From Halodesulfurarchaeum sp. (GTDB lineage Archaea > Halobacteriota > Halobacteria > Halobacteriales > Halobacteriaceae), in contig JAXHNL010000002.1 of NCBI GenBank assembly GCA_034520565.1, positions 960,001 to 1,024,000 of the forward strand: 64,000 bases of DNA. The letters run 5' to 3'. Shown here piece after piece: positions 10,743 through 21,068 of this stretch. Below the pieces are notes generated by a model that saw only the letters and a program-made list of their open reading frames with translations, searched no databases and was not told the DNA's origin. Made by a program: the position numbers and the translations under genes. Position 1 is the stretch's first letter. Each line of letters starts with the position of its first letter.

Positions 10743-10971
10743 CGGCGACCGCTCGGTCGCTCCACTGGCACTCGGCCGTTCCGTGCCGAGTTTCGAGCGG
10801 ACACCGAACAATCGGGAGTGGCGGGGAGATGAGTCATCTGTACCGATGACCTCATTTCCATGTTACCAATCGCTTTTCCCGACGAGCCCGAACCAGCAGG
10901 AACGACTGAACGCCGCCGAGCCCGACGACAGCTATTAAAGCGGCCCATTCGTCTTTCGAACTGACACGAAC

Positions 10972-12234
10972 ATGGAGGACACGGCGAAATATCTCATCCA
11001 CGCGGACTTCGTTGCGGACGGCGTCATCGAGCGCAGCGACGTCGTCGGGGCCGTCTTCGGCCAGACAGAGGGGCTCCTGGGTGACGAACTCGAACTCCGT
11101 GACCTCCAGGACTCGGCCAAACTCGGCCGCATCGACGTCGAAGTCGAGAGCACCGGGGGCCAGTCACGCGGAACGATCACGATCGCGAGTAGCCTCGACC
11201 GGGTCGAGACCGCGACGCTCGCCGCGGCACTCGAGGCGATCGAACGGATCGGCCCGAGTCAGGCCGCAGTGGAGGTCCAGCGCATCGAGGACGTCCGGGC
11301 CGCAAAGCGGCGTGAGGTCGTCGAACGGGCGAAAGAACTCCTCGCGACGGCCTTCGACGAACAGGTGATGGACAGCCGGGCCATCCTCGAGGAGGTCCGG
11401 GAGTCCATCCGAGTCGAGGACATCATCGAGTACGAGGGCCTCCCGGCCGGGCCCCGTGTCGGGGAGAGCGACGCGGTCATCGTTGTCGAGGGCCGGGCCG
11501 ACGTCCGGAACCTCCTGCGCTACGGGATCAAGAACGCGATCGCCGTCGAAGGGACGGACATCCCCGAGCCGGTCGCCGATCTCACGCGGGACCGAACTGC
11601 CACGGCGTTTCTGGACGGCGACCGCGGCGGCGAACTCATCCGGGAGGAGCTCATGCAGGTCGGCGATCTCGATTACGTTGCCCTCTCCCCGCGGGGCCGC
11701 TCCGTCGAGGACCTCTCCCGAAACGAGGTCCATACAGCCCTCCGGGAGAAGGTTCCGGTCGAAGCACTCGAGGCGAACCAGGCGGCCGATGGGGAGGACC
11801 CACCCGTTTCGAGAGCGACCAGCTCGCAGTCGAGCGCGGACGGTGGCGGCGCCGTCGCAGTCACCGCCGAGACGTCCGCAACCACCGCGACCGAAGCACC
11901 TGCGAGCGACCAGACGGGGCCCGAGGAACCCGCCACCGAAACATCCGAAGCTCCCACGCTGGCCGAACACGTCGAAGCCGTCACCGGGAGCGAAACGGTT
12001 CGGATCCTGGACGACGGGGCGGCGCTTCTCGCGTCAGGGGACGCTTCCGAGGCCCGCTCGCTGCTTGCCGACGCCGACATGGAGGCACGAACCGTCGTCA
12101 TCGACGGGGTCGTCTCGCAGAAACTCCTCGATCTGGCCGCCGAACGGGGTCTCTCGACGATCTACGCCAGCGAACGCGGGGCCATCGTGAAACAGCCCGC
12201 GTCGGTTCGGATCCGCTCACTCGAGGAGCGCTGA
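10972..12234 (+). CDS. dnaG: Archaeal DnaG-type primase
   Basis: [35 protein letters not shown]. Confidence 0.93.
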   Translation: MEDTAKYLIHADFVADGVIERSDVVGAVFGQTEGLLGDELELRDLQDSAKLGRIDVEVESTGGQSRGTITIASSLDRVETATLAAALEAIERIGPSQAAVEVQRIEDVRAAKRREVVERAKELLATAFDEQVMDSRAILEEVRESIRVEDIIEYEGLPAGPRVGESDAVIVVEGRADVRNLLRYGIKNAIAVEGTDIPEPVADLTRDRTATAFLDGDRGGELIREELMQVGDLDYVALSPRGRSVEDLSRNEVHTALREKVPVEALEANQAADGEDPPVSRATSSQSSADGGGAVAVTAETSATTATEAPASDQTGPEEPATETSEAPTLAEHVEAVTGSETVRILDDGAALLASGDASEARSLLADADMEARTVVIDGVVSQKLLDLAAERGLSTIYASERGAIVKQPASVRIRSLEER

Positions 12235-12271
12235 ATCCGGTCGGACCTCGTTTCGACGGCCAGACGGGCGT

Positions 12272-13597
12272 TCACACCACGAGCAGTGACACGAGCGCCC
12301 CGGCAACTCCACCGGCGCTCGTCGCGATGAAGTTCACGGCCTGGTTGCCCACGTACTCCCCCTCGATCGTCGCGCCGGCAATGCTGTCGACTGTCATGCC
12401 GAGGAGTCCGCCGATGACGACGACCGTCACTCCGATCGGCGAAATCGGGAGGGCCGCAACGGCCAACAAACCGATGAGTGCAGCCCCGGCGGCGCCGGCG
12501 AGTTCCCCCTGCCAGGTCACGGCCCCGTCAGTCCCCGGCGCGACCCGCTCGAAGGTGGTGAGGAGTCGTGGGTCGTCGTACAGTCCGCCGATTTCGCTCG
12601 AAAGCGTGTCCGCGAGTGCGGTCGCCACGCTTCCCGCAAAGGCATAGACCAGCACCACACTCGAGACCGGCAGGCGAGGGTGAGCGGCGAAGAAGAGCAG
12701 GGCGACCAGCGCGGCCAGGGAGTTCCCCAGGACGTTGCCGGTGCCCCGGGCCCCTTCGTTGGCCTCGGCGACCCCGCGCTCGACCTTCTTTCCGTACCGG
12801 TACTTCGTGGCGAGCCCGCCGATGCCGAAGAAGGCGATCAGGACGACGAACCAGCCGTAGCCGCCGAGTACCACCGCCAGAAGCGAGAGGAACACCCCGG
12901 TGAGCATCCCCGGAATCGACGCCGTTTCGAGGGAGATCGAGAGCCAGCCAAAGAGGAAGGAGACCAAGAGGGCGACGAAGACCGGCGTCCAGGAAACGCC
13001 GACGGCGAGGTCGAACAGCAGCCAGAGGAGCAACGTCCCGAATCCGAGCACCAGCGGATCGTTCCGGGCGACGAGCACCGATCGGAGCAGGGCCCCCAGG
13101 AACGCCGCGCTTGCGGCGACGAACAGGACGTACGGCGTCAATGCCGCCCCATCCGTCAGCGCCCCCAGGACGAGCTGCCCGAGGATTCCGGCGGCTCCGC
13201 CGGCGAACACGAAGCCGGCGGTCGAGGCGACTGCTCCCCGGCGATTCGTTTCGACGGCCCGTCGCCCGAGGTCTCCGAACCCGATCGTGAGCATCGTCGT
13301 CACGTAGACGGGCGCCGGCAGCTCGACGGCCGGAACGAGTGCGGCCAGGGCCCCGGCCGTGAGCGAAAACGAGATGAGCGTTCGCAGTCGACCGTCCTGC
13401 ACGTCGACGGCGGTCGATAGCACGTCGAAGAGAGTTCCCTCCCGCAGGAGTGACCCGAGTACTGCCACCGCGAGAAAGATCGTTACCGTCCCCCATACCG
13501 AGAACGCGACGGCCAGGGACACCGTGGAAAGTGCCGCAAACGCCGTTGCCCGGGAAAGTGGACGGTTCACGCTCTCGGAGTTTTCGGGCCGGCTCAC
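12272..13597 (-). CDS. DUF92 (TMEM19-like) membrane protein
   Basis: RGTGNVLGN, ADTLSSEIG, PGTDGAVTWQG, DSIAGATIE, NQAVNF. Confidence 0.88.
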   Translation of the reverse strand: MSRPENSESVNRPLSRATAFAALSTVSLAVAFSVWGTVTIFLAVAVLGSLLREGTLFDVLSTAVDVQDGRLRTLISFSLTAGALAALVPAVELPAPVYVTTMLTIGFGDLGRRAVETNRRGAVASTAGFVFAGGAAGILGQLVLGALTDGAALTPYVLFVAASAAFLGALLRSVLVARNDPLVLGFGTLLLWLLFDLAVGVSWTPVFVALLVSFLFGWLSISLETASIPGMLTGVFLSLLAVVLGGYGWFVVLIAFFGIGGLATKYRYGKKVERGVAEANEGARGTGNVLGNSLAALVALLFFAAHPRLPVSSVVLVYAFAGSVATALADTLSSEIGGLYDDPRLLTTFERVAPGTDGAVTWQGELAGAAGAALIGLLAVAALPISPIGVTVVVIGGLLGMTVDSIAGATIEGEYVGNQAVNFIATSAGGVAGALVSLLVV

Positions 13598-13661
13598 TTA
13601 AGAACCTCGAAGCGGGCCGCCCATCCATGCCGGTTTTGTGCCGGGGCGCCCAATTGGGCCT

Positions 13662-14270
13662 GTGGCCCTCTACGACCGCTATCTCGCGTTTCGGGTTCGT
13701 CTCTCCCCGGGGCAACCGCCGGCCCACGTCGCGCTGGTCATCACCGAGCGGGATCTGCTGGAGCGAGGGGCCTACGGGAGCCTCGAACGCTTCGTCGAGC
13801 TGGCCTTCGAGGTCGGGGCCGAGCGGGTGACGGTCTACGTGAGCGTGCTCGACGCGGCGGTCCTCGAGACCGTCGAGCGATCGGTTCGCCAACTCGACTT
13901 CCCCCGCGAGGTGGCCATCCGTGACCCGCGGACGCCGGAACCCGGAGCGGCCCCGATCCAGATCAATCTCGGGTTCGGCGGCAAAGAGGAGTTCGCGACT
14001 GCCGTGCGGTCGATCGCCGAGGCGGTCGAGGCAGGCGAACTCGATCCGGATTCGATCACCGAAGCCGACATCGAGAACCGGCTGGTGTTCGCCGACGAGC
14101 CGGATCTGGTCATCAAGACCGGCGAGGAGCGGCTCTCGGATTTCATGATCTGGCAGTCGGTGTACTCGGAGCTGTACTTCACCGACGTCAACTGGCGGGA
14201 CTTCCGGGATCGGGAGTTCCTCCGTGCGGTCCTCGAGTACAAGCAGCGAACGCGACGGTTCGGCCAGTAA
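13662..14270 (+). CDS. cis-prenyltransferase-like protein, Nus1/NgBR-type subunit
   Basis: HVALVITERD replaces DGNRR; PDLVIKTGEERLSDFMIWQSVYSELYF; C-terminal RRFG; GTG 13662 preferred as start. Confidence 0.82.
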   Translation: MALYDRYLAFRVRLSPGQPPAHVALVITERDLLERGAYGSLERFVELAFEVGAERVTVYVSVLDAAVLETVERSVRQLDFPREVAIRDPRTPEPGAAPIQINLGFGGKEEFATAVRSIAEAVEAGELDPDSITEADIENRLVFADEPDLVIKTGEERLSDFMIWQSVYSELYFTDVNWRDFRDREFLRAVLEYKQRTRRFGQ

Positions 14271-14309
14271 TCCTTCGAACTTTTTGTCCTGTCGCTCATC
14301 GGGGGCGGT

Positions 14310-16739
14310 ATGGCAGTCGATCGATCCGGGACGGACGGCGGCACCCCAAACGAGGCCCCGTCTACCGACTCGGCTCAGGTCGAGACGGAACTCTCGCGGG
14401 ACATGTCCCTTTTCGACATCACCTTCATCGGGGTGGGCGCGATGATCGGGGCCGGGGTCTTCGCACTCACCGGGTTCGCCGCCGGGCTCGCCGGTCCCGC
14501 ACTGATCCTGGCCTTCTTTTTGAACGGCGTCGTCGCCCTCTTTACGGCGGTTTCCTACGCCGAACTGGGTGCCGCATTTCCCGAAGCGGGCGGGGGATAC
14601 CTCTGGGTGAAGGAGGCCCTGGCCGATCCGAACGGGTTCTATGCCGGCTGGATGAGCTGGTTCGCCCACGCGGTGGCCTGTGCCCTGTACGCGGTCACCT
14701 TCGGCGTCTTCCTCACGGAGTTTCTCGTTTACGGGGGCGTCCTCGCCCCGGACTTCCACCTCCTCGGCTTCGTCGGGCGGGAACTCCTCGACAAGGTGCT
14801 GGCCGTCCTGATGGTCGGGTTTTTCGCCTTCATCAACTACCGTGGGGCCGAGGAGACCGGGAAAGCCGGGATCGTCGTCACCGTGATCAAGGTCGCGATT
14901 CTGGGCGTGTTCGTCGCGTTCGGGATCCTCGCCACCGTTCAGACCCCGGACTGGCCCCAGAAGTTCCTCGCCAATCCGGGCTTTGCGCCGAACGGGGTCG
15001 TCGGCATCGTCGGCGCGATGGGCTTTACGTTCATCGCCTTCGAGGGCTATGAGATCATCGTCCAGTCCGGCGAGGAGGTCGTCGATCCGGGTCGAAACAT
15101 CCCGAAAGCGGTCTTTTATTCCCTGTTGATCGTCGTGCCGATCTACGTTCTCGTCGCCTTCGCGGCCATCGGCGGAATCGAGGCCCTCCCCGCCGTCGCC
15201 GCGCAGGCCGGGCTCCCGGTGGACGCCCCGACGTGGCAACTCCTGGGAAACCTCGGCGAACTCGGCATCATCGAGGCGGCCGGACAGTTCGTCCCCTACG
15301 GAGTTCCGCTGTTGCTCGTCGCCGGGTTGGCCGCGACGATGAGCGCGCTCAACGCGACGATCTACTCTTCCTCCCGGGTGGCCTTCGCGATGGGTCGCGA
15401 CCGCTCGTTGCCGTCGGCTTTCAGCCGGGTTCACGCGGAGAAGCGAACGCCCCACGTGGCAATCGTGCTCTCTGCGGTGCTGATCGCGGCGATGTCGGCC
15501 ATTCTTCCGATCGAGGCCGTCGCGGCCTCGGCGGACATCATGTTCATCCTGCTGTTCGTGCAGGTCAACTGGACGGTCATCACGATGCGGAAGACCCACT
15601 CCGACCTCGATCGGACGTTTCTGGTCCCGTACATGCCGTGGCCGCCGTTGATCGGGATCGCGCTGTTGGTCCTGTTGACGCCGTTTCTCCTCTCTTCGCT
15701 GGGGCTGCAGATCGGACTGGGTCCCGACTCGCATGGCTTCATCGCGCTCGTGGCGACGGCCATCTGGATGGTGATGGGCCTCTTGCTCTACTACGGCTAC
15801 TCCGAGCCACAGGAGGAAGCAAAGCTGGAGGAAGAGGCCCCGACGGTCGTGGCCGAACAGGCCCCGGCCGAGGAGATGGCCGAACGGGAGGGGCTGATTC
15901 TGGTCCCGATCGCGAACCCCGAGACCGTCGAGCAGTTGCTTCGAACGGCTCTGGACCTCGCCGAGGAACGAAACGCCACAGTCGAGGTGGTCAACGTGGT
16001 CGACATTCCAAAACAGACCCCGGTTTCGGAGGGGCGGCGCTTCGTCGACGACGAACGGCAGATTATCGAGGACGCCCTGGCTTTTGCGGCCGAGACGGCC
16101 CCGGAGGTTCCGGTGAGCGCCAAGATTCGCATCGGGCACGACGTGGCCAAAGCCATTCGCAATACGATCGAGCAGGACGAGGCCGATCTGGTCCTGCTGG
16201 GGTGGCGTGGCCGGGGTCGCCGTCGGGATTACGTCCTCGGGAGTAACGTCGACCGGGTGGTGAAAGACGCCAGGTGTGACGTGCTCGTCGAGCGAATCGG
16301 GCCCGCGGACGGGGCGGTCGACTCGATTCTCTTACCGACAGCCGGCGGTCTCCATGCGGAACTCTCGACCGAGGTTGCCGGGGCCATCGCGGCGCGGAAC
16401 GACGCCACGGTCGAGCTGCTTTACGTGCGGTCGGGCGAACCGGATCAGGACGCCGCCGCCCAGGAGATCCTCGACTCGGCGGCCGCAGCGCTACCGGACG
16501 TCGAGACCACGACGACCATTCGCGACGAGCCGAGCATCGCTGACGCGATCGTCGACGTGTCGGCCGACCACGACCTCACGGTCGTCGGTGCGGCCGGCGA
16601 GGGCCTGCTCAAACAACTCGTCTTCGGAGCGATCCCGGAGGACGTGGGCCGGCGGGCCGAAAGCACTGTCATTATGGCGAAACGCGACCTCGGCATCACC
16701 TCCTGGGTGACCCGGTGGTTTCGGGGCCGTCGGTCGTGA
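14310..16739 (+). CDS. APC amino acid permease fused to tandem USP domains
   Basis: GAMIGAGVF, YAELGAAFPEAGG, FIAFEGYE; C-terminal ILVPIANP...GSNVDRVV. Confidence 0.9.
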   Translation: MAVDRSGTDGGTPNEAPSTDSAQVETELSRDMSLFDITFIGVGAMIGAGVFALTGFAAGLAGPALILAFFLNGVVALFTAVSYAELGAAFPEAGGGYLWVKEALADPNGFYAGWMSWFAHAVACALYAVTFGVFLTEFLVYGGVLAPDFHLLGFVGRELLDKVLAVLMVGFFAFINYRGAEETGKAGIVVTVIKVAILGVFVAFGILATVQTPDWPQKFLANPGFAPNGVVGIVGAMGFTFIAFEGYEIIVQSGEEVVDPGRNIPKAVFYSLLIVVPIYVLVAFAAIGGIEALPAVAAQAGLPVDAPTWQLLGNLGELGIIEAAGQFVPYGVPLLLVAGLAATMSALNATIYSSSRVAFAMGRDRSLPSAFSRVHAEKRTPHVAIVLSAVLIAAMSAILPIEAVAASADIMFILLFVQVNWTVITMRKTHSDLDRTFLVPYMPWPPLIGIALLVLLTPFLLSSLGLQIGLGPDSHGFIALVATAIWMVMGLLLYYGYSEPQEEAKLEEEAPTVVAEQAPAEEMAEREGLILVPIANPETVEQLLRTALDLAEERNATVEVVNVVDIPKQTPVSEGRRFVDDERQIIEDALAFAAETAPEVPVSAKIRIGHDVAKAIRNTIEQDEADLVLLGWRGRGRRRDYVLGSNVDRVVKDARCDVLVERIGPADGAVDSILLPTAGGLHAELSTEVAGAIAARNDATVELLYVRSGEPDQDAAAQEILDSAAAALPDVETTTTIRDEPSIADAIVDVSADHDLTVVGAAGEGLLKQLVFGAIPEDVGRRAESTVIMAKRDLGITSWVTRWFRGRRS

Positions 16740-16741
16740 TC

Positions 16742-17818
16742 TTAGAACAGGCTATCCAGCTCGTCGGTCTCGAAGGCAGTCTTCCGGTCCGGCCCGGTGT
16801 CAACCGTCTCGGCTGCCTCGCGGGCACGGTCCATGAAGGACGTGAGGCGGGGCGAGCCGGCGATCCCCGAGAGGACCACGATGACCGCGATCCGCTCGCC
16901 CGAGAGCGGGAAATCACCACCTCTGACCAGCATACTCCCCGTTTCCTCCTCGACCCACTTTCGGGCGCGCTCGACACCCTTCCGCGAGAGTCGTTCCGGG
17001 TCGCCGGCGACGATCACGAGTGCCGACTCCGCCGTCGTCGTCTCGGGGACGCTCATGTCGGTCAACAGCGCCCGCCGGGCCGTACTTGTAATCACGTTCA
17101 CATTTTCGCCGGGATCCGGGGAGGCGTCCGCGGCGGCGTAGCCGATCGCAGCCATCGACCCCTCCTTGAGCGTGTTGATCACCTCGCTCGAATCGACGAC
17201 CGATTCGCCCACTCCTTCGACGGCCTCGCCGGCGGCGAGTACCAGCCCGAACCGCCGGGCGATCCGATCGTTGATGGCCCCGAAGGACTCGGCGACGGAC
17301 TCGCCGGTCTGGCGCCAGGCGTCGTTTTCGACGAGCACCAGCGAGTCGGTCTCCCGGGCAAACGTCTGGAGCGACTGGCCGGCGTTTTGCAGGTAGATCC
17401 CTCCCTCGTCCCGGCCCGGCAGAATGCCGAGTCCGTAGACCGGTTTGTCGTAGAGTCTGCGGAGTTCCCTCGCGAGCACCGGCGCGCCGCCGCTCCCGGT
17501 GCCGCCGCCGAGCCCGGCGACCAACACGATCGCTTCCGTTTCCGGCTGGACGATACCGTCGAGCCCCGCGAGCACCTCGCCGACGTCGGCCTGCATGATC
17601 GACGCTCCGAGTTCGTTGTCCCCGCCGACCCCGTGGCCGCTGACGCGATCACCCCCGATCAGCATCGTCTTCGCGTCGAGTCCCTGGAGGTCGGCACGCG
17701 CGGTGTTCACGGCCAGGACGCCGCGAACGGCGTCGTAGCCGGCCTGGCGGTCGGCGTCCCGGATCGCTTCGGCGACGCGGCCCCCGGCCTGTCCGAGTCC
17801 GATCAGGGCGGCTTTCAT
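16742..17818 (-). CDS. cetZ: Tubulin/FtsZ-family CetZ protein
   Basis: MKAALIGLGQAGG, AVNTARADL, GHGVGGDNELG, GGGTGSGG, ENDAW. Confidence 0.88.
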   Translation of the reverse strand: MKAALIGLGQAGGRVAEAIRDADRQAGYDAVRGVLAVNTARADLQGLDAKTMLIGGDRVSGHGVGGDNELGASIMQADVGEVLAGLDGIVQPETEAIVLVAGLGGGTGSGGAPVLARELRRLYDKPVYGLGILPGRDEGGIYLQNAGQSLQTFARETDSLVLVENDAWRQTGESVAESFGAINDRIARRFGLVLAAGEAVEGVGESVVDSSEVINTLKEGSMAAIGYAAADASPDPGENVNVITSTARRALLTDMSVPETTTAESALVIVAGDPERLSRKGVERARKWVEEETGSMLVRGGDFPLSGERIAVIVVLSGIAGSPRLTSFMDRAREAAETVDTGPDRKTAFETDELDSLF

Positions 17819-17917
17819 AGGTGAGTACTCGCAGGGTCGTGACAATAACGTTGGGTACCATTAGTTGATTGCCGGATCTTTCCCGGTACAGCCCGTCTCA
17901 ACGCCAGGGCGGCACGG

Positions 17918-20041
17918 TCAGGAACTGGCACCCCATCCGGTCAGATTCGTGGTCGCGGTCGGCTCGAGGGCGTCGCGAACGTTACCCTCGCGTACCCCGA
18001 GCGGCGAGAGGACCGCCGCCGCGGCCCGGATCGCCCGATTCCGGTAGAAGGCGGCGTCGTAGGTGTCGACCGGCTCGTGGGCCAGCCGGACCCGGTCCCG
18101 CGAGTCCTTCGCGTCGTCAACCACGACGTAGTGGACGTCCTGGCCCGGATCGACGTCGATCCCCCGCATCCGGGAGCGTTCGAGTGCGGCCACGTTTCGG
18201 GTGGACTGGGTGTACGCCCCGAGGGGCTTCGAGACCCGGTTGGTGAGCTGGAGCCGGCCCGGGTCGACGGCCCCGGTCTCGAGGTCGTCGAGCCACGCTC
18301 GAAGGGTCCGAAGGACCGGTTCCGGGGCCCGGTGCTCGTCGAGTGCCTCGAGCAGCGCTCGCTGGAGCGCCGCGACCCACGCACAGGTCGAACGCTGGCG
18401 CAGCTCGATCCCCCGAACTTTGTACAGGTCCTCGCCCGGCGCCGGGTCGCTGCGGCGGCCGAAGTACTTGGTGAGTGCCCCTTCCTCGCTCTCTTTCGTC
18501 GGGACGAAGGCCACCCAGTCGTAGGCCGCCTCGTATTCCAGGTCGATGTCGGTCCGCTCGGAGACGGTGGTTGCGATCGTCCCGAGTGGCTGCTGCTCGG
18601 TGCCCGCCCGCGGAGTCACCCAGATGGAGTCCACGATCCCGTGGAGTACGCGATACCCTCCCGCTTCGAGGTGGTCTTTGGCCGCGAGCAGGAGTCGCCG
18701 GGCAGAGGCGTTGATGGCCTCGTGGGCCTCGATCCGGCCGAACTTCGCATTCGAGAAGCCCTGGTAGCCAAAACAGGAGACGAGGATCCACTTGAGTGCC
18801 TCCGAACGCCCCTCCAACGCCGCGCGGCGCTCGGGGTCCTCACACGCCCGCAGTTCGGCCTTGATCGCTTCCCGGTCCTCGATCAGCGGCTCGAGGACGT
18901 CCGGGAGATAGCCCCGCTCCGTACAGATCTCGTAGCCCAGTCCCGGGACCGTCGTCGAGTCCTCGCAGTCCCCGCGGATCGTCTCCGGAGAGATGTTCCG
19001 GGTGACGATGATGTTCGGGTACATCGAGGCGAAGTCGAGTTCGTGGACGTCCTCGTGAAAGCCTACCTCGGGCGAGAGGGTCGTTCCGCCCCGGTCGGCC
19101 GCGTGCAGCTGGGTCATCGTCTTGAACTGCTCGTGGCGCCACGAGCGCCATGGGACGAGCACGTTCCGGCGGCGGGCCTCCCGGATCTGGATCGCGGTGA
19201 GGACGTTGCCGATGGAGGCCCATCCGAGTTCCTGGAGTGGCTTCCGGGATCGCTCGACCAGGTCGAGGACGCCCTCGAGGTTCGTCTGGCTGTAGAAAAA
19301 CGTGTTCGAGCGGTCGATGATGGCCCGGCCGGGGACGGCATACCGGGCCGGGGAGTGACCCACCTGTCCGTAACTCTCGTAGGTGGACTGGCCCGCGAGC
19401 TGTCGATAGCCCGGCTCCCGCCCGACCGATATCGGCCCGCGGTCATGTTCGGCGGCCACGTCGAACAGCTGGGCGATTATGTCGGCACTCGAGACAACGA
19501 GTACGTCCGGATCGACGGCGTGGAGCCGGTCGAGGACGGTTTCGAGCACGGCGAGCCGGTCGCCGGTGACGCGCTGGTCACCGACGCTGACCTCGCGGAA
19601 GCCGCTTTTCCCGCCCATTTCGGGCACTGGAACGTCGATTTCGAGCGTCTCGAGGTCCCGCTTCGGGACCGGCGAGCAGTCGGTCTCGAGACAGTAGCGG
19701 AACTGGCGGGAGAAATCGACGTCGTAGAGCCGCAGCGTGCCGGGTCGCTCCATGTTCGCGATCTGCGGGGCGAGCGCGTCCACGCTTTCGATGTGTCCCA
19801 TCTCGACGGCGAGCACCTCGCGTGCCTCGTGGCGCCAGCCCGGTCGCTTTTCGGCGACGGTGACGTCGGCGACGTTCGGGTGGACGGCGAGGTTCTCCCG
19901 AACCGTTGCAAGCGTGTCCCGGTCCTCGCTACCGACGTGGATGGTCGGTCGGTAGTCCGCGTCGATCGTGGCGGTCGCACCGTCGGTCGTCGCCGTCCAC
20001 CGACGGACGCGGCCGTCATCGAGGAAGTCGACGGTGAACAT
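17918..20041 (-). CDS. polB2: Family B DNA polymerase, PolB2 (Dpo2-like) group
   Basis: Motif A LDFASMYP; motif B variant KWILVSCFGY; motif C variant HGIVDS; KVRGIE; no clear exonuclease motifs. Confidence 0.85.
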   Translation of the reverse strand: MFTVDFLDDGRVRRWTATTDGATATIDADYRPTIHVGSEDRDTLATVRENLAVHPNVADVTVAEKRPGWRHEAREVLAVEMGHIESVDALAPQIANMERPGTLRLYDVDFSRQFRYCLETDCSPVPKRDLETLEIDVPVPEMGGKSGFREVSVGDQRVTGDRLAVLETVLDRLHAVDPDVLVVSSADIIAQLFDVAAEHDRGPISVGREPGYRQLAGQSTYESYGQVGHSPARYAVPGRAIIDRSNTFFYSQTNLEGVLDLVERSRKPLQELGWASIGNVLTAIQIREARRRNVLVPWRSWRHEQFKTMTQLHAADRGGTTLSPEVGFHEDVHELDFASMYPNIIVTRNISPETIRGDCEDSTTVPGLGYEICTERGYLPDVLEPLIEDREAIKAELRACEDPERRAALEGRSEALKWILVSCFGYQGFSNAKFGRIEAHEAINASARRLLLAAKDHLEAGGYRVLHGIVDSIWVTPRAGTEQQPLGTIATTVSERTDIDLEYEAAYDWVAFVPTKESEEGALTKYFGRRSDPAPGEDLYKVRGIELRQRSTCAWVAALQRALLEALDEHRAPEPVLRTLRAWLDDLETGAVDPGRLQLTNRVSKPLGAYTQSTRNVAALERSRMRGIDVDPGQDVHYVVVDDAKDSRDRVRLAHEPVDTYDAAFYRNRAIRAAAAVLSPLGVREGNVRDALEPTATTNLTGWGASS

Positions 20042-20045
20042 GTAC

Positions 20046-20333
20046 TCACTCCGGGGCGTTCGTCGCGTCAGCCACCGTCGCCTGCAGGGAATCGATTCGC
20101 GCTTCGAGGGTAGCGATCCGGCGCTCCTGTTCCAGGCAGATCGAGAGGAGGACGGCGTCCATCGGGTCGGCCGGGTTCTGGAAGCCGGCCGCGTCGGCGT
20201 GGGCCCGGGCGTGCTCGAAGAGCCGGTCGAAGGGATCGTGGTTTCGCCGCCGGAGGGTGTGCCGATAGTCGCTCCAGCGCTCTTCGAGGGTACGGAGCCG
20301 GTCGCGGTAGGTCGGGTTGGTGCGCCCCATCAC
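20046..20333 (-). CDS. Small PolB2-associated protein (arCOG07300-like)
   Basis: MGRTNPTYR...FDRLFEHARAHADAA pattern, directly upstream of polB2. Confidence 0.75.
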   Translation of the reverse strand: MMGRTNPTYRDRLRTLEERWSDYRHTLRRRNHDPFDRLFEHARAHADAAGFQNPADPMDAVLLSICLEQERRIATLEARIDSLQATVADATNAPE

Positions 20334-21004
20334 GGGCTCACCCGGGCTGTGGGCTGCTGTGCCCCCTGTGCCTCGTGGAGCGGCCGTCGTGCTCCGAGGA
20401 TCCGGGCCCAGTAGGTCAGGGTCGTCTGCACGGTGGGGCCGCGCTCGGGGTAGACCAGCGTCTCGAAGTCCGGGCCCCGGAACCGTGGGCCGAAAGCCGT
20501 CTGCTCGACTTCGATGACGCTCGTCGCGAGCCGCTCGACCGGCGCGCTGAACGCGTCCGCGGCGGTCCGGGTCGCGAGGACGGGCAGTTCCCGCTCGCGA
20601 GCGTACCGGGCCAGCCGGGAGAGGGTCTGGAGGAGGAGCTCCTCGGGTTCGGCGCCCCGGATATCCTCGTCCCGGTAGCGGGCGTCGACGGCCGGTACGA
20701 CCATGAGACTGGTTTCTCCGGTCAGTGCCTCGACCGCGTTCCGGACCAGCGCCCGGTGCTGATAGGCCGTGAACCCGCGGGCGATGTGGATTCGGTCGAG
20801 CACCCGCTTTGCGGGCGCGACCTCGGCGAGGTGGACCGAGGTTCCGTGGCCGTCCGCGTCGATCCAGACGGCTGACCCGCCCTCGAGGAGCAGGTGATCG
20901 AGCACGAGGGCGTGCAGCGGACCGGTCGCTCGTCCGTCCGTTTCGAGGAGCTGGACCCCGTCGCGCAACTGCGGCAGTTCGGGGATGGACCGCGAATGCT
21001 GCAT
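20330..21004 (-). CDS. Inactivated RecA/RadA-fold protein associated with PolB2
   Basis: AVWIDADG, LDRIHIARGFTAYQH (RadA-like); no Walker A; start MQHSR at 21004. Confidence 0.7.
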   Translation of the reverse strand: MQHSRSIPELPQLRDGVQLLETDGRATGPLHALVLDHLLLEGGSAVWIDADGHGTSVHLAEVAPAKRVLDRIHIARGFTAYQHRALVRNAVEALTGETSLMVVPAVDARYRDEDIRGAEPEELLLQTLSRLARYARERELPVLATRTAADAFSAPVERLATSVIEVEQTAFGPRFRGPDFETLVYPERGPTVQTTLTYWARILGARRPLHEAQGAQQPTARVSP

Positions 21005-21068
21005 GGGTGATCGGAGCAGTCCCGAACCGAAAAAGCGGCCATGGACCGTTCCGACCCTTCCGGACCGG

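Noticed and set aside
12528-16139. 1203-aa minus-strand ORF and similar long ORFs (5036-7933, 18077-20113, 35187-37568, 53446-56088)
   Set aside because: Antisense or alternate-frame shadows of real genes in high-GC DNA; Arg/Gly/Pro-rich with no motifs
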